The notes: generated by a model not told the origin, from the sequence alone. DNA of 64,000 nt from Octopus vulgaris (GCA_951406725.2 OX597824.1:97464001-97528000), one strand, 5' to 3'. Counted from the stretch's first letter, positions 10,662-23,932 are shown. Translations and numbers: made by a program.

Positions 10662-12962
10662 GTATGTATATATGTATATATAGATAGATATCATACACAC
10701 ACACACGCTTCTAAACTTCCTTCACTACGCAGATGCCACCTGAAAGTTATAGTAGAAGGTTCGTGTCTGGTGTAGCAACAAAGGGATTGAACTCAAGCGA
10801 CGTGGATCCAAAATTAACTGCTTACCCATAGGGCTCTACATTCGATTTCTATTCGAAAGTTAATCTATTGCTCTTGAGATTCAGTCTCAAAAAGCTCTGC
10901 ACCCTACAAAACTATTCTTTTGGAAATCCATATTGGTCGTTAATGGTACCTGGTGCTATCTGACCTCAAATTCTCTTCAATCATTAATCAAAATGCTCCT
11001 TTTTTTTTTTTGTCTTGATAAGTTTTAGGGAACGTTTTTGTTTTCGTGAAACCCCAAGTCGACTCTGATCAGCCCAGAGAGTAAATCATTGTCATTCCAT
11101 TTGTCGATTATATTTCTAAGCATCTTGTATCCATCATTACATCATCCTTTATGTCCTTACTTTATGTTAAACGGTAAAGAATAAATTGATGGAGATTTAG
11201 TTATTATCTCTAGAAGATGGTGGAACCACGTAGATTCTAAATTAGAATCTTGTTTCAAATTTTGGAAGGATGTGTATATGTGGCTCCTCCATCGTGATAT
11301 GCTGTCAGCAGCCAACTGAACCTCATATATTGTGAGTTATATCATGGCAGAGGAAACTGTGGGAAAGTTAATTAAATTCATATTCAACATTGGTTACATC
11401 GATGTCGAAGCAGCAGACATTCAATGCCATTGTCGTCAGTCTTCCATGTATACTAGCGATTGATATCTTCTCAATTACGGTATTATTCACAGTTTAAATG
11501 CTTAAGAGTGCATACGAGTTGAGGTTTTGTATAAATATACATGCTTTTATCAGAAGGCAAATGGCCTACTTTGCCACTTTATGATATATGACTTAATCTG
11601 CTTTTATCGGAGCCTTTCTTAAACGTAAATTTCGTTCGTGCAATCTTTTTAAACTTATCATTTCTTCCGGTTCGCTCTGTGTGTTCCTGCTTATACAATT
11701 CTCTCTCTATTCATTAACCTCTGTCACAAACTCGATTTCGACATATTTATCTTCTTCCAGTATCGCTTTTTATTTCGTTGCTATTGTTGATCTAACGTAT
11801 AGAAAGATTGTGACGTCATGAAAGTCAGCACGAACTCCCTAAGGTTTTACCGTTGATATCAATATCTCGAGTCATTAAAATAACAGGCAAACAAAAGGAA
11901 AGGAATTTTGTTAAAGACCATTCTTTACCTTTGATACACAGAACTCGCGTATACTACGCACATCATACATATATACATATATACGTCTTTTTTTTTTATT
12001 TGTGAGTTGCACACACTCATACACACACACTCACAAACACACACACATATATATATGCATTATGTATATGTAATTTTTATGACTATACCATATATTGCAC
12101 ATGATCCATACTTATTTTAGACGTACGGTAGAATCCTAGGGAAGACACCTTTCTTGCATTGCACATGGCTAAACCATCGCAGACAACGCTCAGTATGCAT
12201 CGGAAATATGGTCTTAGAATTCCAACCAAGAAACTTATAAAAGGTGATTTTTTCTTCCATTCGATATCGCCAGTATTTTACAATATCTCATGTGATGGGC
12301 ATTTAACTTTCTCCCTTTTCTAAAATAAGCCAGCCATGTTTCCTACGTAGGGAAATGCCGCAGACGCAAGCGAGAGGTGCAGTATAATTACTTTATCCCC
12401 CTAGACATATTCATCGCGTTAATTATTACACTAACACCAATTTTGATTCTCTCATTAATCTCAGAATTTAGGGACAGGTTACTGGTGAAGATTAAACCAA
12501 AAAAGTATATATACATAGAAAAATAAATAAGTAAATGAGTGGAAATTTTACCGGTGAGTTTGTTAAACTATAAGGCACTAAAAGAGAATTACTCTCCTCA
12601 TATAAATTTTGTTCAGGTTATTTCTACAGATATTCCATAGAACTGGGTGTTGGTATGTAAACATTAAAGGTGTGTAGGAACGTGGTACTTCGTTATGCAA
12701 ACACAATATACTATAAGATATTTGGTAATCACCGATCGCCAAATATCACTTAACACTTCAAAAGCGCTTTTCTCACGGTAAAACAATAGTCTTTCTGTGA
12801 TCGACAACCTCTCTCCCTCCACCAGCTTCAGTTTTTGTACTTTTTGGTGACGGAAAAAGCACCTTTTATGGCAGTTATGACGAATTTGCTTTCTTATATC
12901 AGAGTGATTAGGCGTTTCAATAGAACATCTTTACCCCCGGGAATTATCAGGTACACCAGCTA

Positions 12963-12999
<37 letters not shown>

Positions 13000-13000
<1 letters not shown>

Positions 13001-13327
13001 TTTTATTTCTTTCAGTCATTTGACTGCAGCCATGCTGGAGCACCGCCTTTAGTCGAACAAATATACACCAGGACTTATTCTTTGTAGGACTAGTACTTAT
13101 TCTATCGGTCTCTTTTGCTGAACCGCTAAGTTACGAGGACGTAAACACACCAACATCGGTTGTCAAGCGATGGTGGGGACACACACACATACACACACAC
13201 ATATATATATCCGTCTACAAAATCCACTCACAAGGCTTTGTGGTCGGCCAGCGGCTATAGTAGAAGACACTTACCCAAGGTGCCACGCAGTGAGAGTGAA
13301 CCTGGAACCATGTGGTTGGAAGCAAGC
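13000..13327 (-). mobile_element. SINE family A with internal deletions
   Basis: TTCAGTCATTTGACTGCAGCCATGCTGGAGCACCGCC...CCAAGGTGCCACGCAGTG...GAACCATGTGGTTGG is the reverse complement of family A. Confidence 0.88.
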
Positions 13328-13377
13328 TATTGTTTCCACATATATACATTCATGTACAATGTATAAATATATGTATT

Positions 13378-13429
<52 letters not shown>

Positions 13430-13431
<2 letters not shown>

Positions 13432-13572
13432 ACTCACCCAACAAGAACTCACTACTTGAACAAAACTTGACTTAAACAGGATTCGAATAATCCTATCAGG
13501 TGGTGCTATTAAGTTAGACATGGCCTGGACCAATCTCTGGTCGAAACATATCTAAGTTTTATCTAAGTTTTA
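13430..13572 (+). mobile_element. (TA)n-embedded structured element with a degenerate hammerhead-like frame
   Basis: AAAACT (13462) pairs with AGTTTT (13555), enclosing hairpins AGGATT/AATCCT, CAGGT/GCCTG and GACCA/TGGTC, followed by GAAAC-ATAT-CTA. Confidence 0.4.
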
Positions 13573-14049
13573 TATATATATATATATATGTTTCTTTATA
13601 TGCCTATATATAAATATATATGTGTGTGTGTGTGTGTGTGTGCATACGATTTTCGTGTTACAGTGAAAGTTAATCTTTGTCTACAATCTATTTGTGGGAA
13701 TTTGTAAAAGGGTTTCGTCGCCTTCCTCTTCACATTTTTGTGGGGCGTGTTTTCACAACATGAATGTGTTCCCGACACAGCGACATTAAGAGTAAAGCGG
13801 AAAGTATTGAAAAGAAGAGGAATAAAGAGTATAAAGCAGCGATGCAACGAGCGAACGCCACAGAAAGTGATCTGTGTATGTATGTGCACAGGTGCGTGCG
13901 TTTTCTCTCGGATTCTATGCAAATATGAGTATATGTATAATGTGCATGTGTGTGTGTGCGTGTGTAAACGTGTGTGTGTAGTTGTACATCTATATGTAAA
14001 ATTTCGTTACATGTGCTTCTATAATGTGTATATTTCTTATATTAATATG

Positions 14050-14057
14050 TATGTATG

Positions 14058-14132
<75 letters not shown>

Positions 14133-14251
14133 GTAATTCTATCAATGTATCTATATATATGTGTGTATGAATATACTCACGTATATATATATATATATAT
14201 ATATATGTGTATATATGTAATTCTATCTAAGTATCTGTGTGTATGTATGTG

Positions 14252-14302
<51 letters not shown>

Positions 14303-14340
14303 GTACATATACATAAATATATATACACATATGCATATAA
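14050..14340. repeat. Compound (TA)n tract with a duplicated ATATGTAATTCTATC spacer
   Basis: Direct read; the spacer recurs near 14130 and 14214. Confidence 0.85.
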
Positions 14341-14929
14341 TCGTACATGTGTGTGCAGATATGTACGCTTCAATAATATATGTGTATGTAAATGTGTGTG
14401 CGTGCGTGTGTGTGATGTGATATGGGCCGGGTTATTGAGTGAATGTATGTATGTGTGTGAAAGAATAAAAGAAAGGAAATCATCGAGCCCCCCCCCCCCT
14501 CATCCTCTCCCTCTCTCCCCCCTCGTCCAATCTTTATCTTTCTTCTTTGTGTTTAATTGTGGTCTTTATCCAGTTTGGTGTGCAGCAATCAGAGAAAGGT
14601 TATAATCTAGGCATAAACGTCATCAAGTAATTAATTCAAACATCCCACGTTCTCTATTCTAATTATGTTTGTATTTGTTAATGAAATACGGCAGATTAAT
14701 TGTTGCTGACTCCATCGCCCACAGATCCTCCTTTATCTTCGGATAAAGGAGGAAACCATTAATGACCCTATTATTCCATCAATGATTAGGGTATTGTTGC
14801 TTTCGATGGTGTGGGATCCATGCTTATCCCTGATCCAATTTATTACATTCAGACAGAATAATCCCCATCATCATCGTCGTCGTCATCATCATGAACAACA
14901 GCAACTGCAAAGCAAGACACATTTAGTAA

Positions 14930-15360
14930 AGGTTTACAATTTTAGCACAAGGCCAGCAATATCGGGGAGGACGTAAGTCGATCGCATTGACTCCAGTAGT
15001 CAACTGGGACTTATTCAATCGGTTCGCTTTTGCCGAACCACTAAGTTACAAGGATGGAAACACTCCAACACCAGTTGTCAAGCGCTATTGGGAGACAAAC
15101 ACAGACACACATACACACATATATACATACATACATATATGCGTGTGTGTGTGTGTGCGTGTGTGTGTGTGTGCGTGTGTGTGTGTGTGTCTGTATACGA
15201 CGTGCTTCCTTCAGTTTCCGTCTACCAAATTCACCCACAAGGCACTGGTCGACCCAAAAATATCTTATAAGTCACATGCCCCAGATGCCTTACGGTGAGA
15301 CTGAACCCGGAACCATGTGATCGAGAAGCAAGCTTCTTACCAAACAGCCACGCCTCCGCC
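14930..15360 (-). mobile_element. Chimeric SINE: family-A 5' part and body joined to a family-B 3' tail
   Basis: 15008-15360 is family A. 14930-15015 (GCACAAGGCCAGCAAT...AAGTCGAT..ATTGACTCCAGT..CAACTGG) is a family-B tail. The junction lies in the shared ACTTATT module. Confidence 0.65.
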
Positions 15361-18125
15361 TAGTCACTCTTAATAATATCCTTAGAAATACAATATGGTT
15401 GAATGAAAGAAGTCGATTTTTTTTGATAATGGAAACTTACCAAAAGTTGCCAAGGAGGAAACACTAGAGAACTTGTCGAAATCCTGACAGCGTAAAGCCG
15501 ATCGTGGTCATGGTTAGACATTTCTAACAATATTTCTGCGAGGTTAAGGCTGATTTGATATTAAACAACAAAATCGATGCGGTGAATGTCTCCTGATAAA
15601 TTATAAAACTAAACTTAGAACGCATCAGCGATGCGTAACCACCACTAGGTTCATATTCGGCAGCCGAATCCATTTAATTGAATTCTCAATAAATTAGCGA
15701 TTATTAGTACGCTGCTATGTTAATAGGCATACTTAATCGCTACTAGCGGTTTCTCAACACACACACACACACACAGATGATACAGCACACTCACTGCAAA
15801 CACACAGACAGCCATTGCTGTATTTTCATCTGTCATACCTCAATCGCAAATGGCCCTTAGATCCAGCAATATTGCATCCCTTGCTCTGAGCACTCTCTTT
15901 CGAGTATGGCTTCATCCTGAAGATACAATGTACGAAAATAAAAGTGAATCTGGTGTTGATTTTGTCACCTGTACCCCCTCCTCCTCTGCTGTGTATGTCC
16001 TTCTAATAATAGAAAACATCCTTATTAACTTTGGTACTTTGTAAAAATACGTGCTGCTGCTGTTGTTACTACTGTTGTTGCTGGGTCCATGCTTATTTCT
16101 GATTAAGTAATTTACCTTCCACGGCATTTTGGCTATTACCTTCTTGCTTTTCGCCAAACCAAGGTTGTCTAGGACCGCATCATCAAATGTGTGCCTAATT
16201 TCTAAAGATAATACAGTGTGATTTACCGAGGGCTTAGAAGACCAAGCGGTACTTAAATGCTCCTGTTTAGTTTTAAAACAATTTGGTATAGCAGACGGAT
16301 CTTTAGCCAAGTGTGTTTTATTTATGACCATTCAATTACATATTCAGGCATGGGGCATCGAGAAATACATAATTGAAAGTGTTGTTTGGTTTTATTATTG
16401 TTGTTTAACTCCGCGTCACCTCTGATCCAACAAGTCTAGGATCAAAGATGTTTCACCGGTGCCAAGCTGTTGCGGGTTAACTCCAAACACGTCTTGATCC
16501 AGCTGTGCTATGGTTAAAGATAGCTTCTACACAAGCTGCGTAGGACTACATTTTCTTATTATATGTCCTTCCTTCCTTCTAGAAACTATCGATTCGAATA
16601 AACGTGAAATGCCGAATAAATTGTGCAGAGCGTTTTATTCTTTAATAAATTCAGTGGAAGAAGAAATACTGTCAACTTGCCAATGGTAAGTTTGTTCGTT
16701 GTGACAAGTCAGTTTGGAAAGATTAAGATAAAGTTATTGTTAATATAAAACTTTTTCAGTTTCGGTGACAAGAAATGTCATTCGATAAGTGTTCCACAGT
16801 GTTTGTGTATGTCTGTGTATGTCTGTGCGTGCGTGAGTGTGTATGTATGTGTGTTTGTGTGTGCAAATTCGTGTGCGTACCTACAAGTGAGTCTGTATGA
16901 GAATGCATATATGTATATGTGTGTATAGAAAGAGCATGAAGACGTACAAAGCAAGTCTGAGAGCGACGCGTCTGTATAGAAGAGACAACACTTCTGTGTG
17001 ACGCTCTAGCTGCCACGAGTTTGCAGAGGAAAGTAAGATGCGGTGCGGTTCTTAATGTCGAGTGGTCTACTTAGTGCAATTGACGACAAGGAGAGTTCAG
17101 TGATCGAAGTTTCAATAGTGCATAGCCAAAGTACTGTCTGAGTGAATGAGAATGGACTCTCAGACTTACCGAGAACCGTAAGACTACTTACATTAAGTGA
17201 AACTGTGACGGTTCTACTTGTGTTGGCTAAATGCTGTGTGATGATTAACTTTTCTCTTAACCATCTGTGTAATTGATGTTTCAATAGCTGTGTGATAAAA
17301 GTCATCAGTAATTAAATTTGTCTTTAAATATAACAGCATTCCAATCACTGATTTGTTCAGACATTAAGTTAATTCTACTACCACGTAATTTCCAGAGAGT
17401 TCTCTACGAATGCATTGCATTCTCTATTAGGAAAGATTCTTTAGATCATATTTTGTTATCAACACCCAGGTCCAATGTGATTAAACCCCAAAACAGGCTA
17501 GCTATGACCAAAACCATTTTTATTCATACAAATTTTGATTCGGTGTCTTATATGCTGTGGTTATTGATAATATCGAATCCCACGCAGTCAGTTTTAATGT
17601 AGTATATCTATTATCGAAGATATACTTTTTTATTTGTAAAGATTACTTCTACAGATATTGTATAACCTGAACATAGTATATTACGGTTGCATAACAAAAT
17701 ACCACGTAGCAACAAGTCATTAGTTTTTTGTTTTTATTTGTGTAAACTGTATCACTGACGACATTATAGTATGCCCCCTTCATTTCCGTGGTTCCGGTGG
17801 TGGTGTTTGTGGTTATTGTTCGAGCTAATGTGTGATCAGGGAAGTGACAACATTGAAAAATATAATTACATCTACCATTTAAAACTGACATAAATTGAAA
17901 CAAACAAATTTAATTATTTCTCTGGGTGATTTTTGTCGTTCTGAAATGAAATACAATATTGGTGAGCATTTTGTGAATGGGAAAAAAAGAGACCGATATT
18001 TAATACACAAACATATATAGACATATATAAGTACATATATACATACATACATACAAACATGTATGTGTGTGTATTTATATATACATATATATGTTTATAT
18101 ATTATATATATACACACATGCAAAT

Positions 18126-18156
<31 letters not shown>

Positions 18157-19350
18157 CGTATATACACACATATCTCTCAATTTATCTATTTTCCTATCTA
18201 CACACACATGGAAAGCAGTTTTAAAGACATTGATTGTGAAGTAGTAGTACACATGGTAGTCTTTTATTATTTTAGTAACTTAACTGCCTAGAAAAATTGT
18301 ATTTAATGGTCTGAAACAGAGTTCACGACATATAAATTTCTATGAATGTATACAAACATATATACACACACATAAAGCTAGCTTGCGTGACAAAGAGATA
18401 CACACATCGATCGATCGATCGATAGATAGATAGACAGATAGGGTTTTGATAGATAAACATCTTAAAAATACACACTGATACACAAACGTGCACACACTCA
18501 CACACATATACATACATACAGACAGATGTATTTATGCGTGTGTGTGAGACTGTATGATATATGTCATATTAAAAAACATCATCATACTAAATATAATAGA
18601 ATTTGTTTGAAATGGCCAAGATGATTCTAAGAACTTGTAATTCCCTCAGTTTCAACACGTGAACTCGTAACAAATCCCCTGCTAACAGAAAAAAAAGTAA
18701 CTTGTTGTTTAGTATGTTTTTTTAATTTTATTTATTTCCCAACTAATCTTCATGTATTTATCATTTACTTCTGTTGTTTGTGTTGTTTTGCTTTGTTAAT
18801 TTTCTATTCTTTGTCTAAGCGTTTACAATTAATTCCCATCAGGAATCAACTAGCGGCAAATAATACTAGAATTGAAGTTAATACCGTGAAAATTTGAAGT
18901 GTAATACAAAATACTAACCAAAAATGGCAGCCAAGTGGAATTGGTGATAAAATTCCTGTACAGATTTTGAAAATATCGATTTTAGTTTTCGAAACCTTTT
19001 TGTAAAGACAGCCTGATCAAACTAGTCAATGTTATTGTGAGAGATTTTTCATGCTTTATCGGAAACACTCTTCACTATAATTTGCCAAAGTATTTCTTGA
19101 ATAAGATATTAGTTTCTTAACTCGTACACACCCACCCCACACACAACATCAGTCTGCGATGCCACTGTGTAGTCATGTCTTTGTCAATCAATCGTTAGTT
19201 GCGGTTCTACACAGAATACCTGCCGGCTTTTCTTGGCTTCTGTTCAAAGCGTAAGCAGTATTGAATAATGAATGATAACTATAAGGCTGTTTTGTGGAGA
19301 AAAGGTAGCTGGGTAGGTGGGGGGTGGTGGCATGCTAGATAGAGGGGAAC

Positions 19351-19497
19351 ATAGACAGACAGACAGACAGGGAGATAGGCAGACGGTCAGATAGATTGCT
19401 AGATAGACAGATAGATAGATAGACAGATAGATAGATAGACAGATAGATAGATAGACAGACGTACAGACAGATTGCTAGATAGACAGACAGACAGATA

Positions 19498-19530
<33 letters not shown>

Positions 19531-19629
19531 CAGACAGACGTACAGACAGATTGCTAGATAGACCGACAGACATAGAGAGAGAGCGACGGATAGATAGAGA
19601 AAGAGACGGATAGATAGAGAGAGATAGAC

Positions 19630-19684
<55 letters not shown>

Positions 19685-19733
19685 CAGAGATATAGATAGA
19701 TAGACAGAGATATAGGTAGATAGATAGATACAG

Positions 19734-19792
<59 letters not shown>

Positions 19793-19797
19793 CAGAC
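19351..19797. repeat. Long (GATA)n/(GACA)n compound microsatellite with an internally duplicated unit
   Basis: Direct read; GACAGACGTACAGACAGATTGCTAGATAGAC occurs twice. Confidence 0.95.
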
Positions 19798-20104
19798 GTT
19801 GTTTAGCAAGAAAGCTATCTAGATAGTTTAGTAATATGGTTGGTGAAGACAATGGCGTTTGACTGGTGATCTGTGTTGGTTTATTTAATTGTGCTGTGGA
19901 TTGCTCTCCTCTCGCTACACAGACATTTCCTCCAACAAACTTCCTTCCATATCGATCCTTATGCATCATTTGTGCTGCCGGTGTTGTTAATGTTATTAAT
20001 CATTGCTATTAATCTTGTTGTCGTTATTATGTAACTATTGTTGTTAATATTCTTGTTATTATTTTTTTTTTCATATATATTTTTATTCTTATATTTTTTT
20101 TATT

Positions 20105-20420
20105 GGATTCAGTCATTGAATGCTGCGATTCCGGAGCACCGCCGTCAAGTGTTCTTGTCAATAATATAGATCTAACTACTTCTAGCATTCTGTTTCTTAT
20201 TTTATCGCTAAGTTAGGCTTTAACACAAAAAGTCACACATTGTTGCATCGGTTTACAATAATGGTAAATATAAATATTAACAGAAGCAGACTTGGGAAGC
20301 ACACAAAATTCGTCCACAAAATTCCATTCACAATTTGTATCTCAACCCAAGGCTATAGACACTTGCTCCAGGCACCGCGCAAATCGATCGAAACCGGAAT
20401 GACTTGGTTATAAACTGAAC
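20105..20420 (-). mobile_element. SINE family A, old and degenerate
   Basis: TTCAGTCATTG...GGAGCACCGCC and CCAAGGCTATAGACACTTGCTCCAGGCACCGCGC remnants. Confidence 0.5.
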
Positions 20421-20474
20421 TTTACATACATACACAGACATATATATTTATAGATAGACAATTAAATAAATAAA

Positions 20475-20560
<86 letters not shown>

Positions 20561-21009
20561 TATATTTCTTAGGAAAATACTTTTCGTGTGTACGATGTGG
20601 TTTGTGTTCCGACACAAATTGTTATCACCAAACTGACTCTCCTTATAAGGAAACAAATGCAAACACAACTGATGTAAAAAGTAGATACACAACACGCACA
20701 CATACGCATACATCTATACATAGGAAGAGGAAATCATATAAAAACATAAATATGCAAAAAATAATGAAACATTTCCTAGCGTGAATTTTTGTTTGTAGTA
20801 CAAAGTTGCCCCTTTTGGGTTTATTTTGAACATCACAGGGACATGTTCTAATTTTTCTGCTATGCAAAAGAGTTTTCTCCTCGAAAACTGAGTGCCATGT
20901 TTCGTTGGCTTTGAAATTCTTTTGCCTTCTTCTGAAGACTCCTTAATGGTTTAGTAGCAGACGAGAAGAAATGATAAAACAGACAATGGAAGTTGTGTGT
21001 AATAGTTTA

Positions 21010-21432
21010 CTAGCAGTATCGCCCGGCGTTGCTCGGGTTTGTTTCGACCCTTTAGAATTGTTTTTTGAAAAGTAAAACTTTTGCATTATGTAGCTTGTTA
21101 TTCTCTTTAAGTCAACATTTTTTTCTGGTTGAAATACACCGAAAAATGGCGACACAGCAATAAAAAAAACCGTAAAAAATAGGGATTTTCATAGAAAAAA
21201 AGCACCTTTTTGATGTAAATAATTTTTGGTGTTAACATGGTCTGATTTGAATATTATCTTCTACACAACACACACACATGCACACACGCAAACACATACA
21301 CAAACATACACACACACGAACACATGCAAATACATATAAACACACTCAAATAAACACACATACACACATAAACATACACACACGCACCGTTTCCCTCCTC
21401 TTCCCATCCCACTAACATCTATATTAAAGAGA
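21010..21432 (-). mobile_element. Non-autonomous Helitron with both termini
   Basis: Minus strand begins A|TCTCTTTAATATAG and ends with a GC hairpin CCCGAGCAACGCCGGG, 8 nt, then CTAG|T. These are the canonical 5'-TC, 3'-hairpin plus CTAG, and A/T insertion site without TSD. Confidence 0.8.
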
Positions 21433-21639
21433 TGACTGGAAGATTTGAATCAGATCCGGAGGAGAGAGCGGACACCATTGACGAGGTCGTGGATGGCGAC
21501 AAAAGTACTATGACAAAACTAGTTCATTTATCAACAGACTAATTAAGCTATTAACTGATGAGATTGTTGGTTAGTTAACTAAGTGACTCTCCCATAATAT
21601 CATGAAATATATACATACATATATATATATACATTTTAT

Positions 21640-22190
21640 CTCTTTATTTTTACTTGTTTCATTCATAAGACTGCGCCAATGGTGGGGCACAGGGTTGAAA
21701 AGTGTTACTCGTCGGATCGACCCAAAAATTATTCTTTTAAAAGCCAGGTACTTATTCTGTACTTCTCGTTGCTGAACTATTACGTTATCATGACAGAGAC
21801 ACAAACCCCGATATATATATATATATATATATATGAGGGAGAATTCACAAAAAGACAAAAGACGAAGGCAGGTGCTGTAGACAACAAAGAGATGTATTAG
21901 TATAACACTCGGGAAGGGAAAAAGTCTTTATCGTTTCGAGCCTATGCTCTTCCACAACTCAAAACAAGGAGAGAAAATAAAGAATGTGTAGTGGCTAGCG
22001 ATCTATCATATAAAGCACTGTTCCGTGGTACAAAATTCTACATATCTACGATGGGCTTCTTTCAGTTTCCAACTATCAAATCCACTCTCAAAGATTTGGC
22101 CAGTAGAAGAGTGTTGCCTAAAGTGTCACGCAGTGGGACTGAACTCGGAACCATGTGGCAAGCGTCTTACCACACAGCCACACCTGCGCC
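21640..22190 (-). mobile_element. SINE family A split by an insertion in its internal (TA)n
   Basis: 3' half at 21640-21806 and 5' half at 22047-22190 (GGGCTTCTTTCAGTTTCC...CACACAGCCACACCTGCGCC). Confidence 0.7.
21835..22008 (-). mobile_element. HHR-family short element with a decayed core, nested in a SINE
   Basis: Minus strand TTGTGGA-A-GAGC(ATAG)GCTC-GAAACGAT-AAAGACTTT...CCCGAGTGTTATACTAATACA aligns over its length with 54296-54490. Confidence 0.7.
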
Positions 22191-22199
22191 AATATGTAA

Positions 22200-22350
22200 T
22201 GTGTGGTAAGTAGCTTGCTTACCGACCACATGGTTCCGGGTTCAGTCCCACTGCGTGGCACCTTGGGCAGGTGTCTTCTACTATAGCCTCGGACCGACCA
22301 AAGCCTTGTGAGTGGATTTGGTAGACGGAAACTGAAAGAAGCCTGTTGTG

Positions 22351-22388
<38 letters not shown>

Positions 22389-22503
22389 CATTTGTGTCTG
22401 CGCTCCCCTACCACCATTGCTTAACAAACGATGTTGGTGTGTCTACGTCCCGGTAACTTAGCGGTGCTCCAGCGTGGCCGCAGTCAAATGAGTAAAACAA
22501 ATA
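22200..22503 (+). mobile_element. SINE family A, young-looking 5' part with a 3' internal deletion
   Basis: TGTGTGGTAAGTAGCTTGCTTACCGACCACATGGTTCCGGGTTCAGTCCCACTGCGTGGCACC... Confidence 0.9.
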
Positions 22504-22975
22504 ATACAGTGTACGTATATATGTGTGTAGTATACTGTGTGTGTGTGTGTGTGTGTGTGTTTGTGTATATTTGTCTAAACATTCTCAGATCTGTTGTGCT
22601 CTCCCCATCTCACGTGTTATCGTTTCTATACCCCACTTCGCACAATTACATTAAATCGCTTCTTCAGCGGCGGACCACCCTCCGTATTTAAATCTATTCT
22701 TTTTTCAAATATCTCTTCTTATCTCAATTTTTATCTCCCACACATTCCGTTAATTCATTTCTCTTATTCTTTTTTCCATCTTTTTCATTATTAACCGATA
22801 TCGCTTTCATGGCCGTCCTTATTCAGTGTCTTAATTGTTTTATGTTTACATTCTGCCACGAAGTTGATATCACTCTCCTCTATATGGTGTGAAGATAACA
22901 CGTGGAAATGGAGATTCTAGTTATCAATGTTTTGATTAAAACTTTTTTTCACAAATTAAGTATACACACACACAC

Positions 22976-23015
<40 letters not shown>

Positions 23016-23066
23016 AGTGAGGGGGAGAGAGAAGGGCGGAAAGAGAGAGAGAGAAAGACATATATA

Positions 23067-23121
<55 letters not shown>

Positions 23122-23380
23122 GTGCATAATGACACGTGGTCTTTTGTTATGGTTACTAAGTTCGCGATCTTAATATCTTGCGTTCAATTCCTGGACAAAG
23201 CCGAACGTTTTGCCCTTGCGCTGAAGCCTTTCATTATGAGTTGCTCGAATCTACTAGAATTGGGTGTTGCATGTTTCTGTGCCTGGAGGGGCCCACATAG
23301 ATTCAGCCGGGGTAGGAATACTTGGTCAGTCTATGTAAAAGTATTTCTTTGATTTTTCGTTCTTGCTTTATATCTTTGTT

Positions 23381-23932
23381 TCTTCTTATGTCACGCTGGT
23401 GAGACCCATATTGGAGTACGGGATTCAAGCCTCTTCTCCTTATCTCCTCAAAGACATACATCATCTCGAAAGAGTCCAGAAGCTGGCTACCCGCATGGTT
23501 CTTGGTATCAAGCATTTGTCTTATGAAGAAAGGCTGAAGACGCTCGACCTTTATTCTCTAGAAAAACGACGAGGCCGTGGTGATCTCATTCTTGCTCACA
23601 ACATCATAAGCGGAAAGTGTAACCTCTCGAAAGCGCTGTTCTTCACTCCTGCTCCAGAGCGTCGGCTGCGGGGTCACTCCGAAAAGCTCTATCTGTGACG
23701 ATTTCATCTCAATCGAAGGTGAGGGACTTTCTCCGTCCGGGTTGCGGATCCGTGGAATAAGCTGCCGGACGAGATAGTGAAGATGCCGACGACCGCTCGG
23801 TTCAAAGTCTCCCTTGACCACAAATGACCTGAACTCTTTGCATGAACACCACCCAGTACATAACTCCATGTCCCCCTACATGGCCTTGCTTTTTGCTTTT
23901 TGAGCCAAAAAATTAACTTAACTTAACTTATT
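23381..23932 (+). mobile_element. CR1-clade LINE, 5'-truncated 3' end (ORF2 C-terminus pseudogene, 3' UTR and (TTAAC)n tail)
   Basis: YVTLVRPILEY..SPYLLKDI..LERVQKLATR..LSYEERL..LYSLEKRR.RGDLI..RGHSEKL..FSVRV..WNKLP is the typical post-RT region of CR1 ORF2, with in-frame stops. Tail TTAACTTAACTTAAC. Confidence 0.9.

Noticed and set aside
15695-15742. Hairpin TAGCGATTA...TAATCGCTA as a pre-miRNA
   Set aside because: Only ~48 nt with several bulges and no basal stem; cannot be supported without small-RNA data.
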